A stretch of DNA of 64,000 bases from an uncultured delta proteobacterium. GTDB lineage: Bacteria; Desulfobacterota; Binatia; UBA9968. Each line of letters begins with the position of its first letter. Positions within the stretch are counted from its first letter, which is position 1. The stretch lies in NCBI GenBank assembly GCA_963755715.1, contig CAVWLW010000069.1, positions 96,001 through 160,000 of the forward strand, given 5' to 3'. Made by a program: the position numbers and the translations under genes. Of the stretch, positions 1-8,471 are shown one piece after another. The notes beneath the pieces are model-generated. The model ran no database searches. It saw nothing but the letters and a program-made list of their open reading frames with translations, and was not told the origin of the DNA.

Positions 1-1
1 T

Positions 2-517
2 ATCGAGATTGCCCTTGAACGGCTCCCCCGATGTCAGATCGTAAGCGGCTTCGCCGATCACGTCGATCACTTTGGCGCCGTTCATCTCGATGTGCACGCG
101 CGTCGAGGGAAAAAGCATGTTGCCGGCGACTACGGTATTGGGTTTTACGTGAATCTTGCTCCAGATTCGTTCGGCCGACCGGCCTTGAGGGGTGGCGACG
201 ACGTGGGAAAAGCCAAAAAGATTTTGAATTTGCTCCGCCAGGAGCGCGTAGGATCGGCTTGCTTCAGCTGCCAGTCCCATGCCCGGCTCGATGAATTTCG
301 CTCCGGCCAAAGCGGCGAGTTGATCGGTGCTCAGCGCGCTGACGCCGCTGTCCGTGCACAAATCGATGTAAATCCAATCCTGCGGAATAAGTTCGGTATT
401 GAAATGAGCCGCGCGCAGCGCCTCGAAGCGCTCACTCAGGGTCGTTTGGCGCAGTGGCCGCACGACGGCGATCTCGTACGGCACGGAAAAAATTACTCCT
501 TGCGAGGTCTTGTTCAT
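2..517 (-). CDS. Tryptophanase / tyrosine phenol-lyase family PLP enzyme, N-terminal part (runs off the window edge)
   Basis: Manual translation (not in the ORF track): MNKTSQG...YIDLCTDSGVSALS...SRSYALL...FGFSHVVATPQGRSAE...GNMLFPSTRVHIE...PFKGNLD. Matches TnaA/Tpl motifs IDLLTDSG, THQGR and PFKGN. Confidence 0.85.
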   Translation of the reverse strand, partial: MNKTSQGVIFSVPYEIAVVRPLRQTTLSERFEALRAAHFNTELIPQDWIYIDLCTDSGVSALSTDQLAALAGAKFIEPGMGLAAEASRSYALLAEQIQNLFGFSHVVATPQGRSAERIWSKIHVKPNTVVAGNMLFPSTRVHIEMNGAKVIDVIGEAAYDLTSGEPFKGNLD

Positions 518-589
518 TCCGATCAGACCGGTCTACATGAAACGAACGTTGGATAGCACGAAATCAACGAATTGAACAATCCTTTCCGC

Positions 590-1405
590 TCACGAATTGC
601 CTTGCGCCCCGGGCGGCGGACGCTGTTGGCGCTGGCGCGCCGTGAGCATGGACCAGGCGCGATGTACCATTTTGCGCTCCGTGGCAAACTTGAGCTGCTT
701 GATCGCTTGTTCGATCGGAAACCAGCGCGCGTCGTCCGCCTCGTGGTCGTGGTCGCGCACATCGCCGCGGATATAGCGCAACAAGTAAAAGTGAACCCGC
801 TTGTAGATGCGCACCGGCTCGTGCTCTTTGTTTTTATCGCGATAGGAGTAACCGATATCGCCGAGCTTGCGAAGGAGTTTTCCTTCCAGGCCGGTTTCCT
901 CGCGTACTTCACGCAGCGCGGCTTCTTCGACCCGCTCACCTTCTTCGACATGTCCTTTGGGCAGGCCCCAGCGATTGCGCACGTGAATCAAGGCGACTTC
1001 AATATCGTCGCCGTTTCTCCGATAGATGACGCCGCCCGCGGAGAATTCCCGGATGGTCCGAGTGTTGTCTTCTTTCGGCGGCGCGCTCACCGCGAGCTGT
1101 TCCTGAAGCCAGCCGAGATAGCCGGCGCTGCCGGCGACGAGCGGCACAGCGATGATCTCCGGAACCGAATAGCTATGCAGCTCGCGCACTCTCTTTTCCA
1201 GCGCCGGAAATAGTTCCTTGCGGGTCTTGATGATGAGCAGTTCTTCTTCGTTTTGCTCGACCTGCCCTTGCCAGCGATACACCGACTGAATAGACTTGAT
1301 GCGGTTGACGCAGGCCGCGAGCCTTTCGCCCACCAGCGCCTGCGCCAGCTGGTCGGCTTCCTGCGCGGACCCTGCGGTAACATAAACAACGATAAATTCT
1401 AGCAT
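590..1405 (-). CDS. CutA divalent-cation tolerance domain fused to a NUDIX hydrolase
   Basis: N-terminal CutA motifs LAACVN, SVYRWQG and HSYSVPEI; C-terminal Nudix box [22 protein letters not shown]. Confidence 0.9.
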   Translation of the reverse strand: MLEFIVVYVTAGSAQEADQLAQALVGERLAACVNRIKSIQSVYRWQGQVEQNEEELLIIKTRKELFPALEKRVRELHSYSVPEIIAVPLVAGSAGYLGWLQEQLAVSAPPKEDNTRTIREFSAGGVIYRRNGDDIEVALIHVRNRWGLPKGHVEEGERVEEAALREVREETGLEGKLLRKLGDIGYSYRDKNKEHEPVRIYKRVHFYLLRYIRGDVRDHDHEADDARWFPIEQAIKQLKFATERKMVHRAWSMLTARQRQQRPPPGAQGNS

Positions 1406-1572
1406 TGTAAATAATCTTACAACTCGCTTTTATAGACAGTCAATCAATGCGGGACCCAACTGAAGGCAAAAGACGCAAGCCCGTGACAAAGCCGAAAGCA
1501 AACCTTGCCTTCCTGTCTTTCTCTCACGCCTCGCGCCTCATGCCTCTCGCCTTTTTTCGTGTCGCTCATTTC

Positions 1573-2289
1573 ATGAAACCCAAAGACGAAATCAGGAGCT
1601 ACGTCTGGGAACTGTTGCAAAAACGTAAAGCTGCGCGCTTCCCAGGCGCTGAGGGACGGATCCCTAATTTTATCGGCGCCGAAGCTTGCGCCAAACAATT
1701 AGGCGAGATTCCCTACTGGAAAGCCGCCAAGGTTTTAAAGAGCAACCCCGACTCGCCGCAGCGCGCCATCCGGCAAAGAGCCTTGGCGGAAGGGAAAATC
1801 GTTTACATGGCCGTGCCGCGGCTGCGTAGCGACAAGCCGTTCATCGAGCTCGATCCTAAAAGACTGAAATGCTCACCGTATGCGGCTTCCTCGATCAAAG
1901 GCGCGGCGCAGTACGGCCGGCCGGTAACGTTGGACCAAGTAAAAAAGATCGACTTGGTTGTCTGCGGTTCGGTGGCGGTAAATCGCCAAGGCGCCCGGGT
2001 CGGCAAGGGCGGCGGCTATTCGGACCTCGAGTTCGCGCTGCTGACGGAAGAAGGAAAAATCGGACCCGATACGCCGATCGTCACGTCCGTTCATCCGCTG
2101 CAGATTGTCGACGAAGAAATCCCGATGACCGAGCACGATATTCCTCTTAGTGCCATCGTGACGCCAACCGAAGTCGTCATTCCAACCTCCTCCTTCGCGC
2201 GCCCGAAAGGCATATATTGGCGGCTGTTGCCGAAGGAAAAACTCGACGACATCCCGGTCCTGAAAGCGCGCGGCAAAAATGCGCCATGA
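1573..2289 (+). CDS. 5-formyltetrahydrofolate cyclo-ligase family protein (MTHFSD-like)
   Basis: RIPNFIGA, NPDSPQ, RVGKGGGYSDLE and HD motifs; start moved to ATG 1573, past the repeat region. Confidence 0.85.
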   Translation: MKPKDEIRSYVWELLQKRKAARFPGAEGRIPNFIGAEACAKQLGEIPYWKAAKVLKSNPDSPQRAIRQRALAEGKIVYMAVPRLRSDKPFIELDPKRLKCSPYAASSIKGAAQYGRPVTLDQVKKIDLVVCGSVAVNRQGARVGKGGGYSDLEFALLTEEGKIGPDTPIVTSVHPLQIVDEEIPMTEHDIPLSAIVTPTEVVIPTSSFARPKGIYWRLLPKEKLDDIPVLKARGKNAP

Positions 2290-2364
2290 GCTGCGCAGGC
2301 GTGCGCGCGTCAATTGAAGCCCCCCTACATCTATGTTAGCTAAATAGCTTCGAGGAAATCGCAG

Positions 2365-2748
2365 ATGGCAACGGCAAAAATCGATTTCGCCAAAGGCAAT
2401 GGTTTAGTTCCCGTGATCGTGCAGGATTTTCAATCCCGCGACGTCTTGATGGTCGCCTACATGAACGAAGAAGCCTGGGAAAAGACCAAGGCAACCGGCA
2501 AAGCCCATTATTACAGCCGCTCGCGCAAAGGGCCGTGGTTCAAAGGCGAGGAATCGGGCAATTTTCAGGAAGTCAAAGACGCCTTCATCGACTGTGACAG
2601 CGACACGATTTTGCTCCAGGTCCATCAGGTCGGCGGCGCCGCCTGCCATGAGGGCTACCGCAGTTGTTTTTTCCGCCAGCGCGCCGGCGAGGATTGGAAC
2701 GTCATTGCCGAGCGCGTCTTCGATCCCAAAGAGGTTTATAAGAAGTGA
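2365..2748 (+). CDS. hisI: Phosphoribosyl-AMP cyclohydrolase
   Basis: [17 protein letters not shown] and [10 protein letters not shown] motifs. Confidence 0.95.
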   Translation: MATAKIDFAKGNGLVPVIVQDFQSRDVLMVAYMNEEAWEKTKATGKAHYYSRSRKGPWFKGEESGNFQEVKDAFIDCDSDTILLQVHQVGGAACHEGYRSCFFRQRAGEDWNVIAERVFDPKEVYKK

Positions 2749-3635
2749 GCGAGCTAAAACTGGGAATCCCGAAGGGGAGCCTCGAAGAAATGACCATCGA
2801 GCTCTTCAAGAAGTCGGGATGGAAAATTTCGACCACGAGCCGGAGCTACTTTCCTTCCATCGACGATGACACGATTCGGTGCAGCTTGGCACGTCCGCAG
2901 GAGATGTCACGTTATGTCGAAATGGGCACGTTGGACGTGGCGATCACCGGCAAGGATTGGACCCTGGAAAATGCTTCGGATGTCCAGGTGATCTGTGAAA
3001 TGGTTTATTCAAAAACCAGTTTTCGTCCGACTCGTTGGGTGTTGGCGGTACCGCAGGACTCACCGATCAAAAAAATCGACGACCTCAAAGGCAAGCGAAT
3101 TTCCTCGGAGATGGTCAATTTCACCAAGCGCTACTTTGCCGAACGAAATATTCCCGTGACTGTGGAATTTTCCTGGGGCGCCACCGAGGCCAAAGCCGCC
3201 GAGGGGCTGGTCGATGCCATCGTCGAAGTCACGGAAACCGGCAGCACGATACGGGCCCACGGCCTGAAGATCATTCATGAGCTGATGGAATCTTGCCCGC
3301 AACTGATCGCCAATAAGCAGGCTTGGCAGGATCCGTGGAAAAAAGCGAAGATCGAGCAGATTAAATTGCTGTTACTAGGAGCGCTTTCGGCCGAGAACAA
3401 GGTCGGCATCAAGCTCAATGTCCCGGAAGGTAATCTTGAGAAAGTCGTCGAGCTGATTCCCAGCATCACCGCGCCGACGGTCGCCACGCTCCATCCTTCG
3501 CCTAATCTAAAAGGCGTAAAATGGTATTCCGTCGAAAGCGTGCTCGAAGAAGCGAAAGTGAGAGATCTGATTCCGAAGCTGATTCAAAACGGCGCGGTTG
3601 GAATCATCGAATACCCGCTGAATAAAATCATCTAG
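2745..3635 (+). CDS. hisG: ATP phosphoribosyltransferase (long form)
   Basis: IPKGSL, GATEAK and [18 protein letters not shown] motifs plus C-terminal regulatory domain; GTGA overlap with hisI. Confidence 0.95.
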   Translation: MSELKLGIPKGSLEEMTIELFKKSGWKISTTSRSYFPSIDDDTIRCSLARPQEMSRYVEMGTLDVAITGKDWTLENASDVQVICEMVYSKTSFRPTRWVLAVPQDSPIKKIDDLKGKRISSEMVNFTKRYFAERNIPVTVEFSWGATEAKAAEGLVDAIVEVTETGSTIRAHGLKIIHELMESCPQLIANKQAWQDPWKKAKIEQIKLLLLGALSAENKVGIKLNVPEGNLEKVVELIPSITAPTVATLHPSPNLKGVKWYSVESVLEEAKVRDLIPKLIQNGAVGIIEYPLNKII

Positions 3636-3671
3636 CAAGCCAGGCAACAGAGAACCAACTTGCGCGTCTTG

Positions 3672-5045
3672 CTATTGCCCGTTGCCTATTGCCTGCTGGC
3701 TCTCTTGCCGTCCATCCCGCCACAAAAAGTAATCTTTCGCGATCTCGGGAAATAGCGCGTAGGTCAACACGTCTTCTTCGCTCTGCGCCATGCCTGCGGC
3801 ATCTTGGCGTGCTTGGTCAAGACCCGGCTTCAACAGATCGGCCGGCCGGCAGGTGATCGGTTCCTTTTTGCCGAGAATCTTCGCTTTCATTTCATCGCTT
3901 ACAGGCCCGGGCGGCTCGCCGTAGAGCCCCATCACGTAATTGCGCGTTTCCATCGCCACGACCGAATAACGTTTTCCGGTCATGACGTTCAAAGCCGCCT
4001 GCGAGCCAACGATCTGACTGGTCGGCGTCACCAGTGGCGGATAGCCCAAGTCTTGTCTCACCCGCGGCATTTCGGCGAGCACGGCGTCGAGCTTATCTTC
4101 GGCATTCTGCTGGCGCAGTTGGGCGACCAGGTTCGAAAGCATGCCGCCGGGGATTTGCGAAGTCAGCACGTCGGTCTTGACCTGGTTGTTCACCGGGCTT
4201 TCGTATTCGGCATAGTTGCGCCGCACGCGATAGAAGTAGTCGGCAATCTTACCGAGCTTGGCGAGATCCAAGCCGGTATCGTGCGCCGTGTCCTTGAGCG
4301 CGGCAACCAGTTGTTCGGTGGCCGGCTGCGAGGTTCCCTGCGAAAACGGCGCGATCGCGGTGTCGAGAATATCGACGCCGGCTTCGATGGCCATCATGTA
4401 ACTCATCGGCGCCAAGCCCGCGGTGCAGTGCGAATGAAGATGCAGCGGCAAAGTAATCCGTGATTTGATCTTCTTGATAATTTCGTAAGCGGCGTAAGGG
4501 GCGAGCATGCCGGCCATGTCTTTCAGGCAAATGATCTGCACGCCCATGTCGGCGAGCTTTTCGGCCACGCGCAAAAAGTAATCGGCGGAGTGGACCGGAC
4601 TGATCGTGTAACAAACCGTGCCTTCGACGAGCTTGCCGGTTTTGAGCGCCGCCTCGATGGCGGTTTTCATGTTGCGGATATCATTCATCGCGTCGAAGAT
4701 GCGAAACACATCGATGCCGTTGTCCGCCGCCCGCGCCACGAAGGCTTGGACTACGTCATCGGGATAGTTGTGGTAACCGACCACGTTTTGGCCGCGCAAG
4801 AGCATCTGAAAACGGGTCTTCGGCATCGCGGCGCGGAGCTGACGCAAGCGTTCCCAAGGCGATTCCTTTAAATAGCGCAAAGTGGCGTCGAAGGTCGCCC
4901 CGCCCCAGGTCTCCAGAGCCCAGTAGCCGATATCGTCGAGGGCAGCGGCGATCGGCAGCATGTCCTCGGTACGCATGCGCGTCGCCACCAAACACTGGTG
5001 CGCGTCACGCAGCACGGTTTCCATGATTTCGATTTTTCCCGCCAT
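3672..5045 (-). CDS. Pyruvate/oxaloacetate carboxyltransferase (PycB/OadA/transcarboxylase 5S-like), no biotinyl domain
   Basis: LRDAHQ, WGGATFD, MLLRGQN, KDMAG, HSH, QIPGGMLSN and PPLVTPTSQIVG motifs; no EAMKM biotin motif. Confidence 0.9.
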   Translation of the reverse strand: MAGKIEIMETVLRDAHQCLVATRMRTEDMLPIAAALDDIGYWALETWGGATFDATLRYLKESPWERLRQLRAAMPKTRFQMLLRGQNVVGYHNYPDDVVQAFVARAADNGIDVFRIFDAMNDIRNMKTAIEAALKTGKLVEGTVCYTISPVHSADYFLRVAEKLADMGVQIICLKDMAGMLAPYAAYEIIKKIKSRITLPLHLHSHCTAGLAPMSYMMAIEAGVDILDTAIAPFSQGTSQPATEQLVAALKDTAHDTGLDLAKLGKIADYFYRVRRNYAEYESPVNNQVKTDVLTSQIPGGMLSNLVAQLRQQNAEDKLDAVLAEMPRVRQDLGYPPLVTPTSQIVGSQAALNVMTGKRYSVVAMETRNYVMGLYGEPPGPVSDEMKAKILGKKEPITCRPADLLKPGLDQARQDAAGMAQSEEDVLTYALFPEIAKDYFLWRDGRQESQQAIGNGQ

Positions 5046-5071
5046 GCTTGAATCGCTCCCCGTTGCCGGGG

Positions 5072-5617
5072 TTACTCGTAAAGTTCGGCCTGTTTTTCTT
5101 CCAAGCGCTCTTTTTCCTCGGTTTCGACGACGTAGACTCCGTTCACCTCTTTGATCTTGGTGATGTCGTAGAAGTATTCGGAAATCTCCTGACCTTCTTC
5201 GAACTCATACATCTTGATCGCGTCCCAAGGGCAGATTTTCTTATCCAGACGGTCTTCCGATTCTGTGCCGATCAATTGCAGTAGAATGCGCTTGGGCACC
5301 GCTTCGGGCGGCACCGGCTTGCGGTTGGCGTCGTAGAATCGATTGGCGTACTCGTAAAAGATTTCGCCGGTTTCCTTATGCTGTTGGATTTTCGTCAGAT
5401 CGTCGCTGTAACACATCTGGCAGCCGATGCATTTATCATTATCGACAAAAACGCGGTAGGGCTTTAAGCCGCCTTGCGGCAGTTCTTCGTAGAGCAGATT
5501 GATGCAATTTTCCACCGGACAATGGGCCTCGCATATCGGCGAGCCGGCGCAGCTCGAGCAGTTCTCGTTCATGACCGCCAGCAGCGCCGTTCCTTTACGT
5601 TTTTTCGCTTCAGCCAT
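5072..5617 (-). CDS. 2x[4Fe-4S] ferredoxin-like protein with a long insertion
   Basis: CSSCAGSPICEAHCP and CIGCQMC...(insert)...CPWDAI. Confidence 0.75.
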   Translation of the reverse strand: MAEAKKRKGTALLAVMNENCSSCAGSPICEAHCPVENCINLLYEELPQGGLKPYRVFVDNDKCIGCQMCYSDDLTKIQQHKETGEIFYEYANRFYDANRKPVPPEAVPKRILLQLIGTESEDRLDKKICPWDAIKMYEFEEGQEISEYFYDITKIKEVNGVYVVETEEKERLEEKQAELYE

Positions 5618-6431
5618 TTACTACCGTCCTCACTTTCTTGAAACGTCCCCTAAGGGCGACGGCTATCGCCAGCGATAGCAGCACCCACCAGTACCGAATG
5701 AGGCCGATTCTGCCCCATTCGAGCCAATACACAAAATTGGGCGAGCGCGAGATCAGCGCGCCGAGCACGTGCTGGGCTCCAGCGTAATCTTTCGCTTCGC
5801 GCAACGCTTGCGAAAGCCCATAGAGAGCCCCATCGTCGCGCGGATTGAGCTTCAGCGCCGCCGCGAAATCGCGCTCCGCCTCGGCCCAACGATTTTGTTC
5901 CGCGAAGATGCCGCCGCGCGTGGTCAATGCCGATGAAAAATCAGGTCTTAGCTCCAGGGCGCGGTTCAGACTGGCGACCGCGCCGGGGAAATCTCCTTTG
6001 CGTTTTTGCGCCACCGCCAAATTGCTGTAAGCGTCCGGCAATTCCGGATGCATCTCGATGACCTTTTGATATTCACCGATGGCGCCGTCGATATCGCCGC
6101 GCACCTCCAGTTCGATCCATGCCAAAAATGTCCTGGCGTCGACGTGTCGGGGGTTTAGCGCAATCGCTCGTTTAGCCGCGGCCTCCGCCGCGCGCGGATC
6201 GCGCAAGCGCAGCAGCGACATGCCGAGGAATAAGTGCAGATCCGCCTCGTTGGGATACTCGGCAAGCAGTTTCTCGAAATCCGCCTTCGCTTCGGCGGCC
6301 TTGCCTTGGGCCAGCTCTTCTCGCGCCTGCTCCCATCTTTTATCGTTTGCGAGAATGGAGTCGCTGCCCGCGGCAAAGGAAATCCCCATACCCATGAGGA
6401 CGGCTAAAATAGCCAGCCACGCCCTCACCAT
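5610..6431 (-). CDS. Exported TPR protein with C-terminal membrane anchor
   Basis: Signal peptide, several TPR repeats, hydrophobic C-terminal helix followed by basic residues. Confidence 0.8.
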   Translation of the reverse strand: MVRAWLAILAVLMGMGISFAAGSDSILANDKRWEQAREELAQGKAAEAKADFEKLLAEYPNEADLHLFLGMSLLRLRDPRAAEAAAKRAIALNPRHVDARTFLAWIELEVRGDIDGAIGEYQKVIEMHPELPDAYSNLAVAQKRKGDFPGAVASLNRALELRPDFSSALTTRGGIFAEQNRWAEAERDFAAALKLNPRDDGALYGLSQALREAKDYAGAQHVLGALISRSPNFVYWLEWGRIGLIRYWWVLLSLAIAVALRGRFKKVRTVVNG

Positions 6432-6434
6432 GGA

Positions 6435-6620
6435 TTATTTCCACATTTCGTTGGGGATCTCGTCTTCTTTGCCTTCTTCGATCAGTTTGTCGTTTCTGAA
6501 TGCCTCGCGCAGTCCCAGCCACGTAAAGAAGATGACGAGAATCAGCATCCCGACAATCGGGATATTGTCAGGTTTGGTCACGATCTCGAGAAAATTATGC
6601 AGTCCGCTCTGCTCGTCCAT
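6435..6620 (-). CDS. Small membrane protein (KPDNIPI...FFTW motif)
   Basis: 61 aa with one TM helix; abuts the TPR gene in the same orientation. Confidence 0.7.
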   Translation of the reverse strand: MDEQSGLHNFLEIVTKPDNIPIVGMLILVIFFTWLGLREAFRNDKLIEEGKEDEIPNEMWK

Positions 6621-6738
6621 AAAAGTTAAGCACCTGTAAAATCAAGATAAATTAAAAGTATTAAAATAGTCGGTTAAAGTCAATAAAACAGGCTGCGAGA
6701 GCGCCGAGCTTAAGCGCTCTCAGCGCTCACGGAACGTT

Positions 6739-8319
6739 TCAATGCGATTGATGATGGCCGCGACCGTGCTCGGTATGGCGAAAGATGAGCGACTTGATTA
6801 CCACCGGTACAGCCTTGGCATCGGGCAGCTCTTGGCCGATATCGATGAAATCAAAATCTTTGAGATCGATGCCGTCGATCGAGATGATGCCGGCCCCGGG
6901 AATTAGCTCGCGCTCTATGATATTGCCCATCAGTTTGGCTATATCGGCGTCAAAGACCAAAACCAGAGGTTGGCCCTGATCGGTATGGCCTTTCATCGCG
7001 CCGACCAAGCCCTCTGCGAGAGTGCGAATCAACGGATAAGCGGGACCAAGTTCCCAGCGTATCGCCAGCGCCACCGTTCGATCGGTATCGTGGGCATCGA
7101 AACGTTGCAGCGCGCGGCTGACCGCGTCTTTGATCTCCGCCGCGGTAATTGCTTCGTTTTGCTCGAATTGCGGCGTCACGACCTGCAGGTTACGCAGCGG
7201 CAGCAAGTCCGGATGCGAAAGATAAATCGTGTTGCCGCTCACTTGCACGGTGTACTGGGATGCGCCGATCACCGTCGCGCGTATCCGGACGTCGGCCGGA
7301 CGCAACGGAATATTGCCGCCGCCGAGCTGGTTCGCGCGCGCCCGCACTCTTTTACCGAATTGGGCGCCGAGGTCGCCGAGATTGCGTTTTTCATAGCCGT
7401 AAACAAATTCCGAGACGCCGCCGGAGAACATCACGGCGTGGATCGGATCCTTGAAATCGAGATTGGGCGTGAGCAACAGATCTTGCACTTGCGGGGAAAG
7501 CGGGCCACGCTCCATCACTTCGAAAAGTGCATCGCAGAGCGCCTTGGCGAACTTCTCCTTGTCGTCCTCGCCCATCGTGCCACCCAATTTAAGCCCATCG
7601 ATGCCGGACATCTTGGCAAACTTAAGCGCCGTGTCTTCCAAGCGGTTGATCACGCCGTTTTCGTCCATGGCAACCAGTCGCGCGCCGACTTCGATCGCGC
7701 AGGTATCGATAACCTTGCCGCCTTGCACGATCGCGATCTTGCTCGTGCCGCCGCCGATATCGACGTTCATCACGGTGAAATCGCCACCTTCATGATACGT
7801 CATGTGCACGGCGCCGGAACCGTAGGAAGCGAGAATGGCTTCCAGGTTGTGCCCGGCAGTGGCGCAAACGAATTTTCCCGCTTCGGCGGAAAACAACGCG
7901 GCGATCGCTTCGGCATTTTTCTTTTTCGCCGCTTCGCCGGTGACGATGATTGCGCCGGTATCGATATCCTCGGGCGTCAGATTCGCCTTACGATAAGCCT
8001 CGTGAATGAAGTCACCGAGACTATTAGTATCAATGGTGGTCTTATCGATGTAAGGCGTCAACAGGATCGGCGACTCGTGGAGAATCTCGCGATTGATGAC
8101 GACAAAACGGCTCGACAGCGCGACGCCCTGGCGGCGCAGCGTCAAGCGAGAAAAAATCAGATGGGAAGTGGACGATCCGATATCGATGCCGACCGAATTG
8201 AGCGTGATCCGTTCCGAGCGCCACATCGGATGATTTTCGTCCATGAGCTCTTCGTCATCGTCAAAGTCATCGTCGTGTCCCTCGTGCAATTTATAATTTT
8301 CCGGTTCCAAGTTCTCCAT
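6739..8319 (-). CDS. eutA: EutA-like reactivating factor (ASKHA ATPase)
   Basis: SVGIDIGSSTSHLIFSRL, GAIIVTGE, ATAGHNLE, DIGGGT, IRATVIGASQ and VPVVIKSL motifs; AAGGA RBS before ATG 8319. Confidence 0.85.
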   Translation of the reverse strand: MENLEPENYKLHEGHDDDFDDDEELMDENHPMWRSERITLNSVGIDIGSSTSHLIFSRLTLRRQGVALSSRFVVINREILHESPILLTPYIDKTTIDTNSLGDFIHEAYRKANLTPEDIDTGAIIVTGEAAKKKNAEAIAALFSAEAGKFVCATAGHNLEAILASYGSGAVHMTYHEGGDFTVMNVDIGGGTSKIAIVQGGKVIDTCAIEVGARLVAMDENGVINRLEDTALKFAKMSGIDGLKLGGTMGEDDKEKFAKALCDALFEVMERGPLSPQVQDLLLTPNLDFKDPIHAVMFSGGVSEFVYGYEKRNLGDLGAQFGKRVRARANQLGGGNIPLRPADVRIRATVIGASQYTVQVSGNTIYLSHPDLLPLRNLQVVTPQFEQNEAITAAEIKDAVSRALQRFDAHDTDRTVALAIRWELGPAYPLIRTLAEGLVGAMKGHTDQGQPLVLVFDADIAKLMGNIIERELIPGAGIISIDGIDLKDFDFIDIGQELPDAKAVPVVIKSLIFRHTEHGRGHHQSH

Positions 8320-8471
8320 GATCGTTAACAATTTCCTTTCGCTTTTGACTGCGGTGTATCGAAGTTGCATAGCACAAGAAGTTCCGTCTTGCCACCGATG
8401 GAAAGATGCGCGCACCGGGATGGACAAGCCCCCCTAATCGGGGCTAATATGCGATGTGTTCGTGGCGCTTC

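Noticed and set aside
31-556. Plus-strand ORFs 31-294 and 92-556
   Set aside because: The minus strand encodes a clear tryptophanase-family protein.
6970-8328. 452-aa plus-strand ORF, and similar long antisense ORFs (3804-4463, 13652-14440, 18128-19102, 33130-33990, 48259-49029)
   Set aside because: Shadow frames of well-supported genes on the opposite strand in GC-rich DNA; no motifs.
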